From Candidatus Euphemobacter frigidus (lineage in GTDB: Bacteria; Auribacterota; Erginobacteria; Erginobacterales; Erginobacteraceae): 64,000 nucleotides of DNA. Positions 7,028-16,729 of this stretch are shown here, one piece after another (the first letter of the stretch is position 1; each line of letters begins with the position of its first letter). A program made the translations under genes and the position numbers. The notes beneath the pieces are model-generated. The model saw nothing but the letters and a program-made list of their open reading frames with translations. It was not told where the DNA came from and searched no databases. The DNA lies in contig JAVCDH010000017.1 in assembly GCA_030765805.1 (NCBI GenBank), positions 2,467-66,466 of the forward strand. The letters are read 5' to 3'.

Positions 7028-8280
7028 TCCCTGATCTGTCCCTCCCCCCGGACCACGTACTTATACGTGGTCAGCTCTTCCAGCCCCATCGGACCGCGGG
7101 CGTGAAGCTTATCGGTGCTGATGCCGATCTCCGCGCCCAGCCCGAACTGGCCCCCATCGGTAAATCGGGTGGAAGCGTTCACATAGACAGCGGCGGAGTC
7201 TACCCGGCGGGTAAAGAACTCCGCCTCTTCTTCATCTTCCGTGATGATGGCGTCGGAATGGTGCGAACCGTAGTTATTTATATGGTCGACGGCCTCGACC
7301 ACCCCTTCAACCACTTTCACGGAGAGGATAAGATCAAGGTACTCTTCATACCAATCGGACTCAACCGCCCGCTTTATCTCCGAAAGCACGGCCCGGGTCT
7401 GGTCGCAGCCCCTCAATTCAACACCCTTCCCGACCAAGCGCGCCCGGAGATCGGGCAGGAAACTATCGGCGATCTTCCTGTCCACCAGAAGCGTCTCCAC
7501 CGCATTACAGACTCCGGGACGCTGGGTCTTGGCATTGTCCACGATCTTAAGCGCCATCTCCGGATCAGCGCTGGCCGCCACGTAAATATGACAGATCCCC
7601 TTATAGTGCTTGATCACCGGGATGGTTGAGTTCTCAACCACCGCCCTAATCAGAGATTCTCCCCCCCGGGGGATAATCAGGTCCAGATATTGATCGAGTT
7701 TGAGCAGTTCGCCGACTACCGCCCGGTCAACTACGTTCACAATCTGGAGGGCGTCAACGGGAAGAGCGGTATCTTCCATCGCCCGCCGCAGGATTCCGGC
7801 CAGAGCGAGATTGGAATGGATCGCCTCCTTCCCCCCTCTCAGGATAACGGCGTTGCCGGCTTTCAGGCAGAGACCGGCCGCGTCAACGGTGACGTTGGGC
7901 CGGGACTCGTAGATAATCCCGATCACTCCGATCGGATCGCGCACCCGGGTAATAACCAGACCATTCGGCCGGACCCGTCTATCGATCACCCGGCCGACCG
8001 GGTCTTCCAGATTGGCCACTTCCCGCAGACCGGCGGCCATCCCCCGGAGACGGTCGGGGGTAACCCGCAACCGGTCCAGCAGCGCCGCGCTCAGACCCGC
8101 CTTCTCACCGGCCCGGAGGTCTTTCCGGTTGGCGGACTCAATCTCGGTCGAGCTCTTCTTAAGCTCCCCGGCCATGGCGACCAGCGCCCGGTTCTTCTCC
8201 GCCGTATTCAGCGAGGCGACCTTTCGGGAAGCTCTCCGCGCTTTCTGTGCTAGTTCAAGCGCATATTTTGTGTGGTCCAT
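7024..8280 (-). CDS. proA: Glutamate-5-semialdehyde dehydrogenase
   Basis: Motifs YESRPNVTVD, CNAVET and NASTRFTDGGQFGLGAEIGIST. Confidence 0.97.
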   Translation of the reverse strand: MDHTKYALELAQKARRASRKVASLNTAEKNRALVAMAGELKKSSTEIESANRKDLRAGEKAGLSAALLDRLRVTPDRLRGMAAGLREVANLEDPVGRVIDRRVRPNGLVITRVRDPIGVIGIIYESRPNVTVDAAGLCLKAGNAVILRGGKEAIHSNLALAGILRRAMEDTALPVDALQIVNVVDRAVVGELLKLDQYLDLIIPRGGESLIRAVVENSTIPVIKHYKGICHIYVAASADPEMALKIVDNAKTQRPGVCNAVETLLVDRKIADSFLPDLRARLVGKGVELRGCDQTRAVLSEIKRAVESDWYEEYLDLILSVKVVEGVVEAVDHINNYGSHHSDAIITEDEEEAEFFTRRVDSAAVYVNASTRFTDGGQFGLGAEIGISTDKLHARGPMGLEELTTYKYVVRGEGQIRE

Positions 8281-8349
8281 TTATTACTCCTCAACATCAC
8301 CGGGGCAGGCTACCCCGGCCTATTGTTTGTTGACCCCTTGAGGCTTTAC

Positions 8350-8390
8350 GTTCGACGTTCAGTGTTGAACGTTGGACGTTCGACGTTCAT
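8350..8390. repeat. GTT(C/G)(G/A)AC heptamer tandem repeat, six units
   Basis: gttcgac gttcagt gttgaac gttggac gttcgac gttcat; same family as 59192-59239. Confidence 0.8.
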
Positions 8391-8400
8391 TCTTTTGCTT

Positions 8401-9537
8401 TTATAATATCAGCAGATTATCCCGATGGACAACCTCGTCATAGTACTTATACCCCAGGATGGACTCGATCCGCCCCGTCTTCTGCCCCTTAATCTGCTCC
8501 AGTTCGCGGGAACTGTAATTGACCAGCCCCCGACAGAACTCCTTGCCTTCCTCTCCCGTTATGGACACCATGTCACCCGCCTGAAAGTCGCCGTCCACCC
8601 CGGTAACCCCAGAAGCGAGCAGACTTTTGTCTCTCTCCACCAGTGCCTGACGGGCGCCACCGTCAACTATGATCCGGCCCTTCTGGAGACGGGAGAAAGC
8701 AATCCAGCTTTTCCGGGCCCGCATCCGCGCGAAGGTGGTGGGGAAGAAGGTTCCCACTTCTTCTCCCGCCACGATATCGGTTAGAACATTGGGTCGCGCG
8801 CCGCCGGCGATCACCACCCTCCCCCCGGCTCTGGTTACAATTTCAGCCGCTTCAATCTTGCTCCGCATCCCGCCCCGCGAGTACTCCTTGTAACCATTCT
8901 CTATCATCGCCAGAATATCAGGAGTAACCCGCTCCACTTGGTGAATTACTTCGCGGGGACCGTCCGGATGGACAGCCGGCTCCAGAAGCCCCTCCACGTC
9001 GGTCAGAAGGATCAGAAGGTCGGCCTGGACCAGGTTCGCGACCAGGGCCGCCAGATAGTCATTGTCCCCGAATTTAATCTCATCGACCGCGACGGAATCA
9101 TTCTCATTTATAATCGGGATAACTCCCTTCTCCAGGAGTGCCAGAAGGGTATGACGGACATTCAGATGGCGGACACGATGATGCAGGCCGTCCCGGGTGA
9201 GAAGGATCTGACCAACGCGGAGACCGGCTTTGCCGAAATATTCATGGTAGATATGCATCAGGACAGTTTGGCCGACCGCCGCCGCCGCCTGCAGGGCCGG
9301 GAGGTCACGGGGTTTTCTCCTCAACCCCAGCTCCTGCCGGCCGGCCGCTATCGCTCCGGAAGTTACCAGGAGAATCTCTCTCCCCTGACTCTTCAAATCA
9401 GCGATCTGCGCTACGATCCGTCCGACCAGCCTTTTGTTGAGCGAACCTTTCTTCCCGGTCAAGAGACGGCTCCCGACCTTTACGACCAGTCGCTTTGTCT
9501 CGGGCAATATCTCTCTGTTTTTTGTGATTGGGTCCAT
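8401..9537 (-). CDS. proB: Glutamate 5-kinase with PUA domain
   Basis: Motifs VVKVGS, PIINENDSV, FGDNDYLA and GGMRSKI. Confidence 0.97.
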   Translation of the reverse strand: MDPITKNREILPETKRLVVKVGSRLLTGKKGSLNKRLVGRIVAQIADLKSQGREILLVTSGAIAAGRQELGLRRKPRDLPALQAAAAVGQTVLMHIYHEYFGKAGLRVGQILLTRDGLHHRVRHLNVRHTLLALLEKGVIPIINENDSVAVDEIKFGDNDYLAALVANLVQADLLILLTDVEGLLEPAVHPDGPREVIHQVERVTPDILAMIENGYKEYSRGGMRSKIEAAEIVTRAGGRVVIAGGARPNVLTDIVAGEEVGTFFPTTFARMRARKSWIAFSRLQKGRIIVDGGARQALVERDKSLLASGVTGVDGDFQAGDMVSITGEEGKEFCRGLVNYSSRELEQIKGQKTGRIESILGYKYYDEVVHRDNLLIL

Positions 9538-9604
9538 AGTACCTTCTAAAAAAATGTGTTACATTATCTAATAATACAAAAACGGTACGACGTGTTTTGT
9601 ATCA

Positions 9605-10612
9605 TTAGCCGGCCAGATCGAAGAGCGCTTTCTTTAACTCCGTCAAACCCTCTCCTTCCAACGCCGATATCGGAAACACCCGGGACGCGGGAAGTCGGGA
9701 AGACCGCAAGAAATCCCGAAAATTATCTCCCGCTTCCGGCCGGTCCATCTTATTGGCCGCCACCAGAAACTGCTTGGCGGCCAGCTCCGGCTTATGCAGC
9801 TCAAGTTCATGACGAAGATGAAAATAGTCGTCAGCCGGGAGACGGCCATCCACGCCGGCCACATCCAGTATCAATAATAACACCCGGCTTCGCTCAATAT
9901 GACGGAGGAATTCATGACCCAGGCCGACGTTTCTGTGCGCGCCGTCGATCAAGCCGGGAATATCGGCGATTGTGATCGTTTGATACGTGTCAGCCGGATT
10001 GGTCACAATCCCCAGGGTGGGGCTGAGGGTGGTAAAGGGATAGGCCGCGATCCGGGGATGGGCATGGGATATACGGGACAACAGGGTGGACTTACCCGCG
10101 TTGGGATATCCGACTAAACCGACCATAGCCAGGAGCTTCAGCTCGAGATTAAAGCCCCCCCCTTCCCCGGGCTTTCCCTTCTCGGCTATCCGGGGCGCGC
10201 GGCGAGTGGAGGTGGCAAAGCTGGCATTGCCCCGGCCTCCTTTTCCACCGCGGGCCAGGAGAATACGCTGCCCCGCTTCTACCAGATCGTCGATGGTCTC
10301 ACCGGTCTCATCGTTTATGACCAGTGTCCCGAGTGGGACCGGCCGGACGATCGTCTTACCTCTTCTTCCCTGCTTATTTTTGCCCTGACCGGGATGACCT
10401 TTCTCGGCTTTAAGGAGCGGCCGGTAATAAAAAGGTAGCAGCGTGCCAACCTGCTCACTCGCTTCCAGGTAGACACTTCCTCCATCACCGCCGCCGCCAC
10501 CGTCCGGGCCGCCCCGGGGAACATACTTCTCCCTTCTGAAACTCACACACCCGTCTCCCCCTCGACCGGCTTTTACGGTAATCGTCGCTCTGTCAATAAA
10601 GGGTTTTTTCAA
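9605..10612 (-). CDS. obgE: GTPase Obg
   Basis: Motifs GGPDGGGGG, GYPNAGKST, YPFTTL and DIPGLI. Confidence 0.97.
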   Translation of the reverse strand: MKKPFIDRATITVKAGRGGDGCVSFRREKYVPRGGPDGGGGGDGGSVYLEASEQVGTLLPFYYRPLLKAEKGHPGQGKNKQGRRGKTIVRPVPLGTLVINDETGETIDDLVEAGQRILLARGGKGGRGNASFATSTRRAPRIAEKGKPGEGGGFNLELKLLAMVGLVGYPNAGKSTLLSRISHAHPRIAAYPFTTLSPTLGIVTNPADTYQTITIADIPGLIDGAHRNVGLGHEFLRHIERSRVLLLILDVAGVDGRLPADDYFHLRHELELHKPELAAKQFLVAANKMDRPEAGDNFRDFLRSSRLPASRVFPISALEGEGLTELKKALFDLAG

Positions 10613-10639
10613 ACCAACGGGTGGGTGGAGACGAATCGG

Positions 10640-10900
10640 TTAAGCAACGGCGCCCGGAGTAATTGAGACGTGCTTCTTCCGGCCATGGCTCTCGAAGTTG
10701 ACAATGCCATCGATCAGGGCGAAGAGAGTATCATCCCGGCCCCGGCCGACATTCTTCCCGGGGAGAACCCGCGTACCCCTTTGCCGAATGATAATCGTCC
10801 CCCCCCGGATAAATTGCCCGGTGTTTCTTTTTACTCCCAGCCGTTTAGAATGGCTGTCTCTCCCGTTTCGGGAGCTTCCTTGTCCTGTTTTATGAGACAT
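10640..10900 (-). CDS. rpmA: 50S ribosomal protein L27
   Basis: Motifs GSSRNGRDS and RQRGT. Confidence 0.97.
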   Translation of the reverse strand: MSHKTGQGSSRNGRDSHSKRLGVKRNTGQFIRGGTIIIRQRGTRVLPGKNVGRGRDDTLFALIDGIVNFESHGRKKHVSITPGAVA

Positions 10901-10929
10901 ATTTGCCTCCTCTTAAATTCCTATATATA

Positions 10930-11436
10930 TTATTTTTTCGTTTTTTTTGCGGGCGCCGGTTTTTCTTTGCCGGCTTCCTTCTTCTTCGCGACCGGTTTTT
11001 TGCGCGGCGCCGCCTTCTTCTTTTTGGCCGGCGCTTTTGCGGCCGGAGCGGTGGAAACTTTTTTCGCCGGTTTCGCTTTCGCCCCACCGGTCTTTCCTGC
11101 CGGGGGCTTTTCACTCGCGCCCGGCGTGACTATCTGCCGGATCTCTACCCGGCAGAGATCCTGACGATGACCCATTTTTCGGTGCGAATCTTTCCGTCGC
11201 TTGTATTTATAAACAATTAACTTCGGGCCCCGGCCAAACTCAAGGATCCGCCCTTTAACGGCATAACCATCGAGATGGGGGTGCCCCAGTAAAATATTCT
11301 TTCCGTCCCAGTAAAGCAAAACCTGCGTAAAAGTCACCTCATCGCCGACCTGTCCCGGTAATCTCGGTGTCTCTATATTATCATTCTTCTGAATCAAATA
11401 TTGCTTTCCGGCTATCTTTACAACCGCAAAGTTCAT
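10930..11436 (-). CDS. rplU: 50S ribosomal protein L21 with a Lys/Ala/Pro-rich C-terminal tail
   Basis: Motifs IAGKQY and KYKRRKDSHRKMGHRQ, plus a low-complexity tail of about 60 aa. Confidence 0.95.
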   Translation of the reverse strand: MNFAVVKIAGKQYLIQKNDNIETPRLPGQVGDEVTFTQVLLYWDGKNILLGHPHLDGYAVKGRILEFGRGPKLIVYKYKRRKDSHRKMGHRQDLCRVEIRQIVTPGASEKPPAGKTGGAKAKPAKKVSTAPAAKAPAKKKKAAPRKKPVAKKKEAGKEKPAPAKKTKK

Positions 11437-11469
11437 TATATATTCCTCCGGATTAATGCACTTTTTTAT

Positions 11470-11498
11470 AAATTATGTAAGAAAGAGAGTGTTGTCAA
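11470..11498 (-). promoter_or_regulatory. sigma70-like promoter for rplU-rpmA, TTGACA-N17-TAATTT
   Basis: Read directly; GGAGG SD before the rplU start. Confidence 0.55.
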
Positions 11499-11514
11499 CG
11501 AAAAAGAGCATGGC

Positions 11515-13044
11515 CTACACCTGTTCCTGCCCGTTGGGGGAGAGGGCCCAGAGGATATATTCTTGAAAACCTAGGTCCGCGTTATCGATAATACTGATCC
11601 TGATCCCCCGGCGGCGAGCCACGTGACGTAACTGATTCCATTCTTCTTCCAGAATATACCGGGCCAGGTGCGGCGCGGCCTCAAGCCGAAACCGCTTGAT
11701 TTTCGGGTATTTATAAACGGCCGTCCCGAGTTTTCTCTCTATCTCCAACCCCAGGCTGAATAAGGACTTGACGACGCCCAGACCCCGGCAGTACGGGCAC
11801 GGCTCATAAGCCTTCTGCAAAAAACTCTCCTCCTCCCGCTGCCGGGTCAACTGGATCAGGCCAAAATCGGAGAACGGAAGAACTCTGGTTCGGGCTCGGT
11901 CCTTCTTCAGTTCCTTCAGGAGCGCGGACATCACCCGCTTCTGATACCTCCGGGAAGCCATATCGATAAAGTCGATAACTATGATCCCCCCCATATTCCT
12001 GAGTCGTAATTGAATCGCCACTTCTTCGGCCGCTTCCAGGTTCGCCTTCAGGACCGTCTCTTCCTGATCCTTTCCTCCTTTATGCTTTCCCGTGTTGACA
12101 TCGACCGCGACCAGCGCCTCGGTTTGATTGAAGACCAGAAATCCCCCGCATTTAAGCCATATCTTGGGCTGGAAGAGCTTCTCGACTTCCGCCTCCAATC
12201 CGTATTTCTCGAAGAGAGGCTTCCGGCCCCGATAGAAAACAAGCTGGGACTGGGCCTGGGGAGAGAAGTTTCCCAAAAAATGATTTATCTTCTTATATTC
12301 CGTCTTGGAATCAACGATTATATGTTCAACATCGGTCAACAATGAATCACGGATAACCTTCAGCACCAATCCAATTTCTTCATGCAAAAGAGCGGGGGCG
12401 GACGCTTTCCGCTCCAATTTCTGAACTGCCTTCCAGGCATTGAGAAGATAGTACAGATCTTTCTTTAAATTCTTCTTATTGGCGGTGAGGGCGGCCGTCC
12501 GGACGATGACCCCGCTCTCTTCTTTAGCCTTGAACTCCACCATGGTCTTCCGCAACTGGTGCCGCTGTTCTCTCTGTATGATCTTGCGGGAGATGCCGAT
12601 TCGTCTGTCCTGGGGAGTCAGAACCAGGTAGCGGCCCGGGAGGCTGATCTGGGTAGTCAGTCGCGGGCCTTTATTGCTGATCGACTCCTTAACCACCTGG
12701 ACCATTATCTCCTGCCCTTTCCGGAGCATCTGTTCTATGGTGCGGGGTTTACCCTGGGAGGAGTTCCCGGCCGAGGTGGTATCCTCATCATCGACATATT
12801 CCTCCCAGAGCGAAGATGATTGAGCGGTCTCGCTCATCGGCAGGAAACCGTCTTTTTCCAGGCCGATATCAACGAAGGCGGCTCCCAGGCCGTGGAGGAT
12901 GGTGGTCACTCTCCCTTTATAGACGTTCCCTAAAGGCCGCTGCTCCTCGCCCCGTTCGAGGAAGAACTGTTCCAGCTTGCCGTCCACCATAACGGCTACC
13001 CGATTCTCCCGCGGGTGACAGTTGATTAGAATTTCCTTCTTCAT
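11515..13044 (-). CDS. Rne/Rng family ribonuclease
   Basis: Motifs GNVYKGRV, AVDVNTGK and GGIIVIDFIDM; start moved to MKKEILINC. Confidence 0.93.
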   Translation of the reverse strand: MKKEILINCHPRENRVAVMVDGKLEQFFLERGEEQRPLGNVYKGRVTTILHGLGAAFVDIGLEKDGFLPMSETAQSSSLWEEYVDDEDTTSAGNSSQGKPRTIEQMLRKGQEIMVQVVKESISNKGPRLTTQISLPGRYLVLTPQDRRIGISRKIIQREQRHQLRKTMVEFKAKEESGVIVRTAALTANKKNLKKDLYYLLNAWKAVQKLERKASAPALLHEEIGLVLKVIRDSLLTDVEHIIVDSKTEYKKINHFLGNFSPQAQSQLVFYRGRKPLFEKYGLEAEVEKLFQPKIWLKCGGFLVFNQTEALVAVDVNTGKHKGGKDQEETVLKANLEAAEEVAIQLRLRNMGGIIVIDFIDMASRRYQKRVMSALLKELKKDRARTRVLPFSDFGLIQLTRQREEESFLQKAYEPCPYCRGLGVVKSLFSLGLEIERKLGTAVYKYPKIKRFRLEAAPHLARYILEEEWNQLRHVARRRGIRISIIDNADLGFQEYILWALSPNGQEQV

Positions 13045-13075
13045 TATAACTTTTCCCTTCAATATTACTTCATCG

Positions 13076-13768
13076 TTACAGAATATCCCGATCGTCGAAA
13101 TCCGCAACCCCTTTCTTCCCGTGGAATCCAAGGCGCTGCCATTTAAGAGCCCTCAAGAGAGCCCGGGGCGCCCCCGAAAGGGCCGCCAGAACCTCAAGGG
13201 GGCGGCCGTTCTCCTTCACTGAGAGGAGCATCTTCAGAGTGCGTCCATTACCCTGAGTTTTCAACAGATCCAGTTCCAGGACACCCCGGCGCGCGTTGAC
13301 GCTCTTGATCCGACCGTCTTTCTCATATTCCACCCGGGCCTCGGAAGCGGATAGAAAGGAACCGATCTCCCGGTCCGTCACCCGAACAGGTGATCTTAAT
13401 CGCACCTGATATTCCACCTCCCGGATGGCTTTCCCGAGGGATATCGTATCGGGCGATAGAAGTTCCGCTCCGCTTACCCTCACTCCCGGGGGAAGAACCC
13501 GGTTCAGATCAACTACCGCCTGATCCTCCTCAACCGGGCGGATCAAGACCATCTCAAGAAGTTCGTTTAAGCCCTCCATCCCCACTTTAAGAGGAGGACA
13601 GAAGGATACCCGGGGATGAGGATTAAAGCCCTCGGAATAGGCAACCGGCAACTTCGCCCGGGTAAAGGACCGGAAGAAGAGACGGAGCAGGTCACGGTGG
13701 GAGATAAAACGGATCAGACCGGTCTTGGAATATGTAAGACGGAGTTTGAGGGGATTCAGCGCCTTCAT
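13076..13768 (-). CDS. TIGR03936-type radical SAM-associated protein
   Basis: Motifs RFISHRDL and AYSEGFNPHPRVSF; overlaps the radical SAM gene. Confidence 0.88.
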   Translation of the reverse strand: MKALNPLKLRLTYSKTGLIRFISHRDLLRLFFRSFTRAKLPVAYSEGFNPHPRVSFCPPLKVGMEGLNELLEMVLIRPVEEDQAVVDLNRVLPPGVRVSGAELLSPDTISLGKAIREVEYQVRLRSPVRVTDREIGSFLSASEARVEYEKDGRIKSVNARRGVLELDLLKTQGNGRTLKMLLSVKENGRPLEVLAALSGAPRALLRALKWQRLGFHGKKGVADFDDRDIL

Positions 13769-15507
13769 TTATCTTTCTTTTCCCCGAACGCCCTCCTCGC
13801 CTCCCGGATCAATGTCTCTTTCGCCACACCGGTCCCGATATGGTCCCAGGGTAGAGCATCATGATAATCATAAGGGAAAGCAAGATACCGGTCCATCGGG
13901 ATCTCCGCTCTTTGAAAGGCCCGCGCCCATTTATCTTCGTCGAAACATTCCTTCCAGCCGTCGAAACGGCAGCCCTCTTCCCAGGCCGCTCGCAGCACGC
14001 TCCCCAGGAGACGATCCCCCCGGGCCAGAATTCCTTCTATCCGGCTCAACTCCACCGGATGAAACTTCAATCTAACCCTCCGGGAAGGGACCAGACGTCT
14101 GAGGATACCCTTCTTTCTGATGACCGATCCGGCTTCTTCCATCGGAGACCACTGGAAAGGGGTGGCCGCCTTGGGGACGAAATTCGATATCGTCACATTC
14201 AGGTTCCCTCCCCAGCGGGAGATCCGGTTGATGACTTCCGTGATAGCTGTGACATCATCTTCGGTCTCGGTCGGAAGACCGATCATAAAATACAGCTTGA
14301 TCAACCGCCAGCCCAGCTCCTTGATCTTCCCGCTGATCTCCCAGAGATAATCAGCATCAACGAACTTCTTGATAACCCGCTGGAGACGCGGGGTGGCCGC
14401 CTCCGGGGCCATGGTGATGCCGCTTCTTCTCAACCGTCTCAACTCCCGCAAGATCCGCTCGTTAACGGAAGCCACGTTGAGAGAAGGCAGGGAGAGACTC
14501 ACCTTCCGTTCGGCCAGGCGCGGGGAGAGTTCTTCCAGCATCCTCTCGATCTCTCGATAATCTCCGGCCGAGAGGGAGAGGAGGGAGACTTCCTCAAATC
14601 CACCCTCCTCCGCCAGGTTTTCGACCTGCCGGATGATAACCTCGCCGCTCTTCTCCCGGACCGGACGCCCCACCCAACCCGCCTGGCAGAACCGGCACCC
14701 CCGCTTACATCCTCTCATTATCTCCACCACCGCGCGGTCATGTACGATCTGGGTAACGGGAATCAGGGGCCGTTCAATCCGCGAAGAGTCGAGTTCTCGA
14801 AGCACCCTCTTCTCTATCCGCGCCGGCGCCTGCGGATCGATCGGAAGGATCCTCCGGAAGAGACCGGATTCATCATACTCCACCCGGTAGAGAGAAGGGG
14901 CATAGAGGCCGGGGACTCTCGACACCAGAGCCGCGAGGAGATCTTCTTTCTTCTCCGCCCCGATCTCCCGGTAGGCGGCCAGGATCTCCACGATCGCTTC
15001 TTCCCCGTCTCCGATCAAAAAAAGATCAAAGAAATCCGCCAGAGGCTCCGGGTTAAAGGCTCCCGCTCCCCCTCCCAGGATCAGGGGAAAACCGGGCCAG
15101 GGACGATCACCCGCGGCGAGCGGCAACCCGGCCAGATCCAGCATGGTGAGGATATTGGTATAGGTAAGTTCAACCTGGAGAGAAAAACCCCAGATATCGA
15201 ATTCCGCGGCCGGACGAAAGGACTCCAGGGAGAAGAGCGGGATCCGCTGCCGCCGAAGCGCGGCTTCCATATCCTTCCAGACGGCGTACGTCCGTTCCGC
15301 TCCGGCCCAGCTCAATCGGTTGACAATGTCATAGAGAATATGCAGCCCGTGGTGACTCATCCCAACTTCATAGAGATCGGGGTAACTGAGCAACAGGCTG
15401 ACCTCAACATCCGGACGGACCGCGGCATTGATCTCCCCCCCGATATAGCGAGCTGGACGCTCGACAAAAGGCAAGACATCTTTCTCAAGTTTCTCGCGGA
15501 TGTTCAA
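13765..15507 (-). CDS. TIGR03960-type B12-binding radical SAM protein
   Basis: Motifs RPARYIGGE, YPDLYEVGMSH and RGCKRGCRFCQAG. Confidence 0.9.
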   Translation of the reverse strand: MNIREKLEKDVLPFVERPARYIGGEINAAVRPDVEVSLLLSYPDLYEVGMSHHGLHILYDIVNRLSWAGAERTYAVWKDMEAALRRQRIPLFSLESFRPAAEFDIWGFSLQVELTYTNILTMLDLAGLPLAAGDRPWPGFPLILGGGAGAFNPEPLADFFDLFLIGDGEEAIVEILAAYREIGAEKKEDLLAALVSRVPGLYAPSLYRVEYDESGLFRRILPIDPQAPARIEKRVLRELDSSRIERPLIPVTQIVHDRAVVEIMRGCKRGCRFCQAGWVGRPVREKSGEVIIRQVENLAEEGGFEEVSLLSLSAGDYREIERMLEELSPRLAERKVSLSLPSLNVASVNERILRELRRLRRSGITMAPEAATPRLQRVIKKFVDADYLWEISGKIKELGWRLIKLYFMIGLPTETEDDVTAITEVINRISRWGGNLNVTISNFVPKAATPFQWSPMEEAGSVIRKKGILRRLVPSRRVRLKFHPVELSRIEGILARGDRLLGSVLRAAWEEGCRFDGWKECFDEDKWARAFQRAEIPMDRYLAFPYDYHDALPWDHIGTGVAKETLIREARRAFGEKKDK

Positions 15508-15521
15508 AATATACGTAATTA

Positions 15522-16619
15522 TTAATAATAGTATCGATGCGCGTAGACACTCTCGCAGAGACCCAGAATGATCAGGAACGTTATGGTCACCGAACCCCCG
15601 TAACTTATCAGCGGCAACGGTAATCCGGTAGCCGGAAGTAATCCGGCCGCCATCCCGATGTTGATCCCCACGTGGCCGGCCAGGACCAGGATCCCCCCCG
15701 CGACCAGCAACTTACCGGTCATCTCCCGGCACTTCCACCCGATTATAAAGAGGCGAAGAAAGATGAACGCGTAAATAGCCAGGACCAGCAGACACCCGGC
15801 AAAACCCCATTCTTCCGCCACCACCGAGAAGATGAAGTCGGTTTGGCGTTCCGGGAGAAAACTCAGCATATTCTGGGTCCCGGCCAGCCAGCCCTTTCCC
15901 CAGATCCCTCCGGATCCGATCGCGATCTTGGATTGGAGGATAGTATAGCCGGCCCCGGAGGGATCGAGATCGGGGTTGATAAAGACCAGAAGCCGGGTCT
16001 TCTGATAATCCTTGAGGAAAAACCAGAACGCGGGGGCAAGCAACGCCAGAATCAGGAGGATAATCAGGATATACTTCAGCCGTCCCCCGGCGACAAAGAT
16101 CACACCTAAAGTTACCGGCAAGAAGATCAAGGCGGTCCCCAGATCCGGCTGCTTGAGGATCAGGAGAGCCGGGATTGCGGCCATCAGGCAGGGGAGGAGG
16201 ATATATGACCAACGCCGGCGACGGTCGACCTTAACCGAGAGAAAGCGGGCCAGCATTAAGATCAGCGTTATCTTGGCGAACTCGGACGGCTGAACGGTAA
16301 AGCCCCCAATCTGGATCCATCGGCGGGCACCGAACCGCGTCTCCCCCAATATCACGATTGCCACCAGCAGAAAGGTCGTACACCCGGCTAAAAAATACGC
16401 ATGGGCGACCACCTTCCGGTAATCAACGGCGGAGAGGATTAAGAAGAGAAGAAGACCCGCTACCATCCAGATGACCTGCCGCTTGAAATAAAGAATACCT
16501 GAGGCGGCGCTCAACTGGTATGAGGCGCTGTAGACAGCCATTGTCCCGATCACACTCAGCAACAACACCCCAACCAGCAGAAACCAATCAAGATATTTAA
16601 GAACTCTCAGTATATTCAT
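15522..16619 (-). CDS. rodA: Rod shape-determining protein RodA
   Basis: Motifs QPSEFAK, KQPDLGT, TDFIFS and PLISYGGS. Confidence 0.95.
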   Translation of the reverse strand: MNILRVLKYLDWFLLVGVLLLSVIGTMAVYSASYQLSAASGILYFKRQVIWMVAGLLLFLILSAVDYRKVVAHAYFLAGCTTFLLVAIVILGETRFGARRWIQIGGFTVQPSEFAKITLILMLARFLSVKVDRRRRWSYILLPCLMAAIPALLILKQPDLGTALIFLPVTLGVIFVAGGRLKYILIILLILALLAPAFWFFLKDYQKTRLLVFINPDLDPSGAGYTILQSKIAIGSGGIWGKGWLAGTQNMLSFLPERQTDFIFSVVAEEWGFAGCLLVLAIYAFIFLRLFIIGWKCREMTGKLLVAGGILVLAGHVGINIGMAAGLLPATGLPLPLISYGGSVTITFLIILGLCESVYAHRYYY

Positions 16620-16623
16620 TATA

Positions 16624-16729
16624 AATTAGCGCCTTCGGCGCAAATTTGGGGAATAGGGATTAGGGAATAGGGATTGGTTCACCTAATTCCTATAAAATGT
16701 TGCTTATTCAATAGTTTTATTGAAATTCC
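16624..16729. repeat. Dispersed element of about 105 bp (UUCG hairpin, GGGAATAGGGATT array, AT-rich hairpin), copy A
   Basis: Near-identical to 25068-25174 and 61809-61920; contains the mrdA stop codon. Confidence 0.88.

Noticed and set aside
13861-15525. 554-aa plus-strand ORF
   Set aside because: It is the antisense shadow of the radical SAM gene in GC-rich DNA and has no recognisable motifs. The same applies to 54622-55587, 2178-2879, 21465-22184 and most short overlapping ORFs in the track.
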